This document shows, in pieces, positions 37,465-47,000 of a stretch of 64,000 nucleotides of DNA. Under the pieces are notes generated by a model. The model worked only from the letters and a program-made list of their open reading frames with translations, ran no database searches and had not been told where the DNA came from. Both the position numbers and the translations under genes were made by a program. The DNA comes from Paraphysomonas bandaiensis (taxonomy: Eukaryota; Protista; Chrysophyceae). The DNA is taken from positions 186,001-250,000 of the forward strand of contig CBFFRP010000108.1 in assembly GCA_965644295.1 (NCBI GenBank). Reading direction: 5' to 3'. Every line of letters begins with the position of its first letter. Positions within the stretch are counted from its first letter, which is position 1.

Positions 37465-37895
37465 GTCATTTCCTAACAGACTCCAAAAACTCGGATCAAA
37501 GTACCTCTTCTTTGCTAACTGCTTCGTGCATAGGATCTATGAAACTGGGATACTTTTGGTATCCACTATCCGCAATAAAGTACCCTTCTCGGCATGTATA
37601 CAGTTGTCATTTCTCATCACATTAATGGAATTCGACATCATTCCTTTTACTGAAGATGATATCGTACGAAAATTGTCTTTCATAGTGATTGTCTTATTCA
37701 TACATAATGCAGCGAGTGTGGTCAACTATTGCCTGGTAAGGCAAAGCGGTATAAGAGTACTTCCCCTTACACAGATTGTGCTGATCCTTGGGGCAACGAT
37801 ACCACCGAAAATGGGTAGCATCTATACCAACCCTTGCAAAGGATTGCGTGCAGAGGAAGAGAACAACAGGCAAGGTATTCTTTGCTTCCAAGCTA
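37465..37895 (-). pseudogene. PIF/Harbinger DDE transposase relic
   Basis: VGIDATHFRWYRCPK...CKGK...YQAIVDH, then in another frame GYFIADSGYQKYPSFIDP...ESVRK; stops and frameshifts. Confidence 0.8.
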
Positions 37896-38917
37896 TGAGG
37901 GATCCAGATGGCATGATTACAAGGCAGTAGTTCCCACTCGACATTTCTAGGTCAGCATTTCCTCTCTTTGTCCGTCTTCTGCGATAGAGAGAGGGATCTG
38001 GCCTAGGATGTCATTTTAACAACTGCTATGCTTACCTAATATTATCTTCACTACTCCATTTGCGGTTAACTACGCCCCCATTTAAATGTAATTTGAATAT
38101 ATATAGGTGGTGATGCTATACAGGCTGGCACAAAGAAGGTATTCACTGTTCAGTTTCACAAATTAGACAAATCTCTTTCACTGAACTTCATTTACTGAGT
38201 TCTGAACGTAGATATATACATGAATTAGTAGTTATGTCAAAATGTGTGATTTGATGCACTGCAAGCCATTATATGTGAGCAGATATCTTAGACAGTCACT
38301 ATGTCCAAGCAATGGATATAAAAACGATTACTAGCACTAGGCTTAACACCATCACAATAAAATTTGCCGACACAATCAATTTTTCGTTCGATTCTCAATA
38401 ACACTTTGTGTTTGTGTAGTTCATTATTCACTATATCTCCACCATTTTATGTGAAGAGAGTGTTGCATAGACTTGTGAATCTTTACAGTCACTAAGAAGT
38501 AGATTCTCTCTCAGCATATAATAACATATCAACAGCCAGTGTATAAGCCTATATACCCTTTTAAGATATACCACCTCAAAATTGTGTTGTGTGCTTATAC
38601 AAATTTAAAACGCGTTTGTGTACAGCATATATCCAAGCTCTACATTCAATTACCGATTCTATTTATTATTAATTCAAATTATGGAAATATAGTGAATAGT
38701 TTATCGCAAGTGCATGCTCACTACGTTGGTATGTTTTTAACTAGCATACACCAAGTATAGAATATTAGCACTGTAGTACTTAGAGAGCGACTGGTGTGCA
38801 CAGTTGAGATACCTACAACTTACACCACTGATAATATGGTTGATACTTTAGCAGTAGGTGCACATAAATTTCAAAATAGAAGCACATAATGTAATTCAGT
38901 GTGGTGTGCCGTAACCA

Positions 38918-39271
38918 CTACGACCGCTGACACCTTTTTTTCCCATATCTAGGATTCGTAAAAAAGAGCGAATAACAAGTTGAGCAATCCTTACTGCAGA
39001 AACTTGGGTCCTCAGCCTGAGAATATTTGGGGAAGAATGCACAATCACAATTGACACACTTTGATACAGTGCTGCTGACGTAACCGTCCGAGCTAGTTGA
39101 ATTAGAATCCAAGCTATTTGAATCACTCATTGTGGTGACATCATCATCATATAAGGAGGAAGCTTTACTTGATACCATGGTGGCATCTGTGTTGCAGCAA
39201 AGAGATTGTTCTCTGGGTACGATGATATGAGACCCAGACTTTTGTGAATTCGGGAGCAATGAGCGCAGCAT
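38918..39271 (-). CDS. Small Ser-rich protein with FCS-type zinc finger (117 aa)
   Basis: Low-complexity S/D region followed by CVNC-x15-FCSKDC; start uncertain. Confidence 0.55.
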   Translation of the reverse strand: MLRSLLPNSQKSGSHIIVPREQSLCCNTDATMVSSKASSLYDDDVTTMSDSNSLDSNSTSSDGYVSSTVSKCVNCDCAFFPKYSQAEDPSFCSKDCSTCYSLFFTNPRYGKKRCQRS

Positions 39272-40040
39272 CACGTCGAAATGACAAATTATCTCTACTG
39301 ACTCCCGTGAAACAATAGTGATTATGTTGGTTATGTTTAACAATAGAAGATCTAGAGAATAATAATCTGTTCCCTTATTGTGATCCTCCATTGATTCCAC
39401 TCGTTCTTCCCTCTCTCACTGTTTGGATTCTCTGCACAAACGATCCTCATATGATCATAACGGCAACTACATATACTGCTATATACTGCTGTATACCTCT
39501 GAGAGGGCAGCTCATTGGACACGAGTATACTGTCGAATACTGTGTATGGAAAACTGATCCTAAAAAATTTCACGACATGTCCTCCCTCTTATTATTGAGA
39601 CAAACAGGCCGATTCTGATCTCTGTGGAGGTGTGTGTGTGTATACGTGTATACGTGTGTCTGTGTAGTCTCGAAACTGAAGAATGGTAAGCGTATACATA
39701 CATATACATACAGCAGTGCAGAGGGGTTTCAGCACATACACTGCACTGCACTGTACTGCACTGTACATAGAGAGAGATGAGAGTGCAGTGATCTCAGTCG
39801 CATGTAAAGCAGCTCCATATAGTTGCCGAGTCATACCCCTATAAGAAGAGTTCCAGTCAAGGATATAATACACAGAGAGTAGTCGGGTGACTGCTACCTG
39901 ATATCATATCTGCATATACACATACATACATATCAGTAGCGGGTCTCTCTGGTTAACACTCGTGTAGTGCCTGTAGTTACATCATGACAGAGGGTTAGCT
40001 CATTGGAAATATATCCGTTTAGTGTTTGATCAGAGGCGTT

Positions 40041-43000
40041 ATGGCAGATCACTCACAAAATACTGATACAGAGCCTGTGAAAGGCCGGAAGTGGTTCGGT
40101 CGACGGATCACAGGCAGTAATGATAGTATACGCGAGTTAACAAAGAAGAAGCCCAAAGAACATCGTGACAACCGTCCAATGGATTACTATCATAACCCTG
40201 ATATGCATACAGGCTTCCTCAAAATATATCTGACTTATGCTGCTCATGCCAAAACTATTGTGCAAAACGATGCGTTTAATTATTTTATTATATTCGTTAT
40301 ATGCGTAGCTGGAGTCAATGTTGGAATTCAGAGTTATGAGCAGATGAACGATGTTGTAGCACTTTCAATTCTAGACAGCATTGTTTTGATAGTGTTTTCA
40401 TTTGAAGTGATAGTGAAGATTCTCTCTGAAGGACTGGCACCATTGCTGTACTTCACTGGAGAAGAATGGAAATGGAATAATTTCGATTTCGGAATTGTTT
40501 TCATGAGCTTGCCGTTCTGGAATGGCTTGTTTGGAGGAGGTTCTTTGGCATTGCTGCGATTAGTCCGTTTAATGCGATTAGCGAAGCTCATTAAGAAGAT
40601 ACCTGCTCTTCAAATGATCGTACGTGGTTTGATTGGTGGACTGGCTTCTATTGGATATATCATGCTGCTTTTGGTTCTAGTGTTTTATCTGTTCGCGGTT
40701 GCAGGATTTTATATGTTTGGTTCAAACGACCCTTTCCATTTTGGGACCCTCCCTATTGCTCTGATGACTATGTTTCGATGTTCCACACTTGATGCCTGGA
40801 GCGACGTGATGTTCCTAAACATTTTCGGGTGTGACGGATATGCGTACCTGTATGTGTCTGAGGAGGACCAAGATGAGTCAAACAGGCTCTTCTGGTGTGA
40901 AAACCCCAAAAAACAATTTGTGTTGTCTGCTGTATATTTTATTGTTTTTGTGGTGATATCTGCCCTGGTTATGCTGTCTCTATTCATTGGTGCCGTTACA
41001 CTGAGCATGACTGACAGTCTGAATGAGCTGAAACGTATTGCCGAAGAAAAGAAGAAAGCCGCTCGATTCGAGAAGAACATAAATAAGCTAAAACTTGCAA
41101 ACCCCTTAATGGATTTGAGGGTAAAGAGTCGTGCAGCATCACGTGCGGTGTCCCGTGCTCCGAGTAACCGGCGATTGGGCGTTCTATCTTCGGGCTCTAA
41201 TCAGGGGTCTTTTGAAAATAGCCGCTGTAGCCCAACGGGTCAAGATGGGTCTCCCAATACAAAGGTGTTTTTCCGTTCGAGTCCTGGACCTGCCTCAACT
41301 TCCAATCGATCTAGTCCTCAGTCTGTAGGATTGGAACAAGGTCCCGAGATTGACAGTTTCGCGCAAGGAAGCGTAGATTCCAATTCGACGTTCATGCACC
41401 ACATTGACGGGGAACTTCACATGGGTTCTGTTATGAGTGCGGAAGAATCTCCTACCTCAATTCACTTGGCGAAAGGACCAGAGGAGCGCGAGCATGTGAG
41501 GCGCATGATGTCATATATGAAAAAGCACTCACATTTCAGTGCGTCTGATGATGAGCAGCCCTCGGTGACAGCTGATAAAAGCTCGTCAATCCTAAACTTT
41601 GACGCAATTCTGCCGACATGGTATAAAGATTGGCGTGATAAACAGGCAACACTAACGTCACTTAATCACGGGGTAGAAATCAGCCGCTTGCTACGAATAG
41701 GCATGGGCGAAGAGCCTCACGGCGTCGAAGACGATCCGAAAAGTGTGACCGCATGCATACAACGCATGAGAGATGCCGAATCCATGACACAACTTTATGA
41801 CATATTTGTGGAGCACTGCAAGTTCATATCGGAACATAGTCGATTTGTGAATTTTGTGACTATAGTTATTATTTTAGCAGGGATAAACGTGGGTGCGCAA
41901 ACTGATCCAAGGATCACAGGGGTGGATGAGTTAAACGATGCCATTATTGTGTTGGATAAATTCGTCCTATCTGTGTTTACATTTGAATGTTGCTTAAAGA
42001 TTTTAGCGGAGGGCTCGAAACCATGGGTGTATTTTTACGATAACTGGAATAAATTTGATTTCATCATTGTAATTGGCTCCTATACGCCCGGAGCTGGGTC
42101 GCTGCTAACCATCTTACGACTGCTCCGCCTGCTGCGGGTGCTCAAATTAGTCAAGTCACTCCCGCAGCTTGCAGTCATTGTTAATGCTCTGCTCATGGGT
42201 ATGAACTCAATTGGATATATTGGGTTGATATTGTTTCTGTGCTTCTATATTTTTGCCATCCTTGGCATGATGTTATTCCGCAACAACGATCCATTTCATT
42301 TCGGGAATTTACATATATCCATGTTCACTCTTTTCCGATGCTCCACATTGGATGACTGGACAGAGATAATGTATGTCAATCTCTATGGATGTGACCGCTA
42401 TCCGGGTGTGTATGAGGACTTTCCTGAGATGTGTGATAAGCCGAAGGCCACTGGGATACTCGCTCCGCTATACTTTAACCTGTTTATTATTGTGGGCGCA
42501 CAGGTGCTGCTAACACTGTTTATCGGTGTTGTCACCACAAGCATGGAACAGGCGCAGGAAGTAAAGGATAGGGAGTTAAAATTAGAGCGACAGTGTAAAA
42601 GTGTGAAAAACTCGCTCGAATTGACTGAGGTACAGATGAAGTGCTTCAGGAGTGTGTTCAATATGTTGGATTATGATAAGTCGGGCACTATAGAGGAGGC
42701 AGAAATCGCGGCATGTTTTGAGTCCATTGAAGACCTGCTGTATCCATCCTCTGTCGAGGAAGAAGTCAGGAAAACAGACCCGGAGGGACGTGGCATCGAC
42801 CTTGTCACTCTGATAGTAGTCATGTGCAACCTGCCAAGCTGTAAGCACAAGAGGGTGCTACGGCGGGCAGTGAGACGATGGAAGTATAACCGCACAAGAA
42901 GAGGAAGGTTCTTTTGGTCTGGTAAATCTGTCCGTCAGTCGGGTTACAGCAGTGGAAGTTCCGAGTACGGTCCGAGCAGTATGAAGAGCATAACCAAATT

Positions 43001-43160
43001 AAGCATGAAAAAAATGTCGCAGAAGCAGCTTCTTCCTACACTGAGAGACGATTCTGCTTCGCGTCCTTCCAGTGTTAAGGCTGATGTGTTGGACGTAGAA
43101 TTATTCGAAACTGCAAAAGAACAGGATCTTCCGAGGAGACCAAGGCAAGTCACTATATAG
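40041..43160 (+). CDS. Two-repeat (2x6TM) voltage-gated cation channel with C-terminal EF-hand; intronless
   Basis: Two Ion_trans domains: WNNFDF/WNKFDF, S4 LRLVRLMRLAKL/LRLLRLLRVLKL, pore NDPFHFG...FRCSTLDAWSD/FRCSTLDDWTE; EF loop DYDKSGTIEEAE. Confidence 0.93.
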   Translation: MADHSQNTDTEPVKGRKWFGRRITGSNDSIRELTKKKPKEHRDNRPMDYYHNPDMHTGFLKIYLTYAAHAKTIVQNDAFNYFIIFVICVAGVNVGIQSYEQMNDVVALSILDSIVLIVFSFEVIVKILSEGLAPLLYFTGEEWKWNNFDFGIVFMSLPFWNGLFGGGSLALLRLVRLMRLAKLIKKIPALQMIVRGLIGGLASIGYIMLLLVLVFYLFAVAGFYMFGSNDPFHFGTLPIALMTMFRCSTLDAWSDVMFLNIFGCDGYAYLYVSEEDQDESNRLFWCENPKKQFVLSAVYFIVFVVISALVMLSLFIGAVTLSMTDSLNELKRIAEEKKKAARFEKNINKLKLANPLMDLRVKSRAASRAVSRAPSNRRLGVLSSGSNQGSFENSRCSPTGQDGSPNTKVFFRSSPGPASTSNRSSPQSVGLEQGPEIDSFAQGSVDSNSTFMHHIDGELHMGSVMSAEESPTSIHLAKGPEEREHVRRMMSYMKKHSHFSASDDEQPSVTADKSSSILNFDAILPTWYKDWRDKQATLTSLNHGVEISRLLRIGMGEEPHGVEDDPKSVTACIQRMRDAESMTQLYDIFVEHCKFISEHSRFVNFVTIVIILAGINVGAQTDPRITGVDELNDAIIVLDKFVLSVFTFECCLKILAEGSKPWVYFYDNWNKFDFIIVIGSYTPGAGSLLTILRLLRLLRVLKLVKSLPQLAVIVNALLMGMNSIGYIGLILFLCFYIFAILGMMLFRNNDPFHFGNLHISMFTLFRCSTLDDWTEIMYVNLYGCDRYPGVYEDFPEMCDKPKATGILAPLYFNLFIIVGAQVLLTLFIGVVTTSMEQAQEVKDRELKLERQCKSVKNSLELTEVQMKCFRSVFNMLDYDKSGTIEEAEIAACFESIEDLLYPSSVEEEVRKTDPEGRGIDLVTLIVVMCNLPSCKHKRVLRRAVRRWKYNRTRRGRFFWSGKSVRQSGYSSGSSEYGPSSMKSITKLSMKKMSQKQLLPTLRDDSASRPSSVKADVLDVELFETAKEQDLPRRPRQVTI

Positions 43161-43559
43161 CAAGAAGCCTACTGTGTTGTGTTCTGTGTCTATATCTGTC
43201 AATATGTCGCCAGTGCGAAGTCTGACAGTCATCCGTCATTTGTATATACCTCAGCCAACGGCAGTCAATGACTCACATCATAACTTTTCATTGACATGTA
43301 ATAAAAGTAGTACGCTGTACTGTATGTAGTTTGTTGATTGTCATGTTTTAAATAGAGATGTAGTTTCGTACTTTATTCGTAGAGCTAATATGTAATTATC
43401 ATACAAGTCCTGACGTTTTCTATTCTTGTTCCAAACGATAATATTTGTAATTGTCAATCCCAAGAATATTTTACAAATACTCGTGCAACATTTGTTCTCA
43501 CTCACTCCTATTTATCAAACTAAAGTGAGCCGCATATATAGTCAGTAGATATTGCTCTC

Positions 43560-44056
43560 TATTAGGATTCAGCTTAATACATGATTGTATCTGTGAGTTA
43601 TAATGTTCAATGAAATATACCATGAACTGAATTAGAGAGAGTATCTGTCGAAGATACGTGATCGTCATCATAACGTCGTCATTATCAGTTACACTTCTAA
43701 CTATTCCGTTGTGCATGATAGTACGTTCTATATTGTTATTCATAATTTTCACTCTATCGTGTTCATTACTTACACTCTAATAATCACAACATTGTTTTAC
43801 TAATAAGCTTAATACATGATTGTATCTGTGAGTTATAATGTTCAATGAAATATACCATGAACTGAATTAGAGAGAGTATCTGTCGAAGATACGTGATCGT
43901 CATCATAACGTCGTCATTATCAGTTACACTTCTAACTATTCCGTTGTGCATGATAGTACGTTCTATATTGTTATTCATAATTTTCACTCTATCGTGTTCA
44001 TTACTTACACTCTAATAATCACAACATTGTTTTACTAATAAGCTTAAATCTTATTT
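43560..44056 (+). repeat. 5' LTR (497 bp) containing a 235-bp tandem duplication
   Basis: AGCTTAA at 43571, 43806 and 44041; 497-235 = 262 = length of the 3' LTR. Confidence 0.95.
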
Positions 44057-44065
44057 TGGTAGCGG

Positions 44066-47000
44066 ATGGTAGTTAAAGTTACAAGTTACGACTCAACCGA
44101 CTCGGATTCAACAACCGAAAAACAGAAAGACTCAATGCCAAAGTTCGACGCGAAGAACTTCTCCAAGTGGCAGAAAAAGTGCCGTGCATGGTTTTACAGA
44201 AAGCCTAAGATCGTTTATACTCTACAGAACGATCACCCAATTGAGCCTGAAGCAGGAGAAAACTCAGATGACGAGGACTACCAGTATCGACTCGAACAGT
44301 ATCAGGATGCGAAACGATATCATGATGAAGGTAATAACTACCTATGGTCAGTCATTGCAAGCTCTATCATTGGTCAGGATGAAGAGGCTGAGGGGATTTT
44401 GGAGAACGTCCCCGATGGAGACGGAAAAACCGCCTGGACGGACTTGCTCAACCACTTCAAAGAAAAAACGACTAACGATGTAATCACCGATCTGATTGGC
44501 CAGTTTCAGAGCATAAAAATCAAAAAAGGTCAGTCGATAATCAACTTTCTTGACGCTGTCGAAAAGCTCCGAAACAAGCTGATTAATTATGGTCATCGGA
44601 TAAGTGACCAAGATCTTATCTCACGCATTCGACAAGGCCTGGTATCCAAAGAAAATATGACGTATCGTGAACTGGCGATCAACCTGCAGATGCACCCTAT
44701 CGATGACTACAAAACACTCATACGCAGACTACGCGGATTAGGAAGCTCGTCTGTTGGAATGCTCTTGTCAAGCAACGAGGAATCAAAAACCGACAGTATT
44801 CAGCTTGCAGCCTCAAAACCCCCATTTTTCAAAAGTAAAGTGAATTCCAAGCGCAAAAAGGGGACATCTTTCAGAAACCGTTCCAATAAACCGAAACATG
44901 ACAAGAGAGCTGACAAGGACATTAAGTGTTTCCGATGCGATGGAAAAGGACACATCGCTTCAGAATGCAAACACTCATGGGAAAGGATCCAACAAATGAA
45001 GAGTTCCTCTGGAAACAAATCAACCAGTAGGAAATTCAAAAAAGTTAGATTCCAGACCCACCAGAGCACTGAAAACGACGAATCCGACCAGTTTGCAGAT
45101 TATGAAGACAGTGGTCCACTACAACAGAAAGGACGAGACTTCGGAGGAGTCGGATATCCAACAAACGACGAAACGAACTTCGTTTTTGATCAAGAAGCCG
45201 GAATGGGAACCCTTGATTCTGGCTGCACAGTCTCCATCACACCTGAAGCCGGATACATCACCAATTATGAGGAATGCCTCACCGACATTCAAACAGCTAA
45301 GTCAGGATCGACTATGACCTCTTCAGGACATGGAAGACTTGGTATTATCCCCAAGTGCAAGCACGTGGACCATGCTTCGAGGACACTCGTGTCCATCAGC
45401 CAATTAGATGACCTAGGGTATAAAATCTTGTTCGGAAACCAATCAGTTGAGATATATAAAGATGAAATACTGCTATCAAAGGGTAAGAGAGTTGGAGGCC
45501 TATATGAAATTCCATTAACAGACCTCGGTACTCCTATTGACGAATCCCACCTTGCTTCAACTGCTTCAGGCCCACTCGCAACTCTAGCACATAAGAGATT
45601 GGCACATTCTTCAATTGGACTCATACAGAAAGCTGTACAGTCAAAATTAGTAACGGGTATTAAGTTAACGAAGTCGGAGATGAATGCTACTTCTTTACCG
45701 GGTGGCCTATGTGATGGTTGTGCTAGTGGTAAATCTCATCGCCGAAAACATAGACACGCTATCAGACAAATGCTGCTCAAGCGTGTAAGAAGAGCAAATG
45801 AGCTGGGGGAGCTAGTAGTAGCCGATTTTTCTGGACCCCATGCACCAGAGGCAATCATTACTGGCAACCGTTACATACTCGGGATGACAGATGTAGCTTC
45901 CAGACACCAATGGGACTCCTACGGACCAACGAGAGATGAAGATTTCGTCATCCAATCCATCCAGAAAGTTGTCATGTATCTACATAGTAAAGGCAAACGA
46001 CTACAACATTATCATGCGGATGGGGGGAAGGAGCTGGTATCAAGAAAAGTTCTAGAGTATCTTCAATCAATAGGGGCTACGTGGACTTTCAACTCCCCGT
46101 ATACCCCCGAGGATAACCCATTCCAAGAGCGATCATGGCGGACAACTAAAGAACGAGCACTCAGCAGCCTTATCGACTCTGGACTCCCACCGAATTTCTG
46201 GGAACAAGCCTCAAAGGCGACAATACACATCAAGAACAGGTTACCGTGTCAAACAGCTAAAGGATTTATGTCTCCACTTCAGTTTATCGAAAACGAAATA
46301 CCAGACTTGAGTTATGCCAGAATATGGGGATGTAAATGCTTTGTGAATATCGATTCCAGTCTCCGAAAGAACAATTGGGACAGACATAGCTGGCCTGGGT
46401 ATTTTATGGGCTATCGAGAGGATGGTCCTGGATATATAGTCTTTGTTCCCGCATTAAGAGATTTTGTTATATCAGGACATGTATTTTTCAACGAATGTGT
46501 TCCACCAGCGGATAAGAGATATTTTAAAGAGATAAATGAGATCTTCAGAGAGAATGAGACCTCCAGGACAGTAGAAAGTTTCAAATATCTCATAGGTCTA
46601 GCTCATGTAGATCCAGACGATGGATTAACATATGTAACAACTCAAATAAAGCTCAGAAAAGGATTAATCGCAGCGTATCGTGGTCTAGTGGACGACAGCG
46701 GTGACAAGACACGACTCATCCAGCTCGACGACCCCATTCATGCTGCAGACGTCGAAAAGTACACTGAAGAATACATAGAACTCAAAGCAGTTGGTCTCAA
46801 ATGTAATACTTCTCGATCGAAAACCCCAATACATAAATCCAGCAAATCAGATCGAGACCCCGATACAGTTAATGGATCTCCAGCGCCAGCCGCTACTTCC
46901 AGGGGGAGTGGCGTGAATCGAAGACATCATGATGCCGCGCAGGAGAGAATCAGCAGCCATCGGTGTGAACCTACCCACTCCGATGCAAAGATAGCGAAGA

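Noticed and set aside
40041-43160. Assigning the symbol TPC1/TPCN
   Set aside because: Filter sequences and repeat similarity do not fit canonical TPCs.
43498-43987. Repeated MKIMNNNIERT ORFs (also 49246-49452)
   Set aside because: Antisense translations of the Copia LTR.
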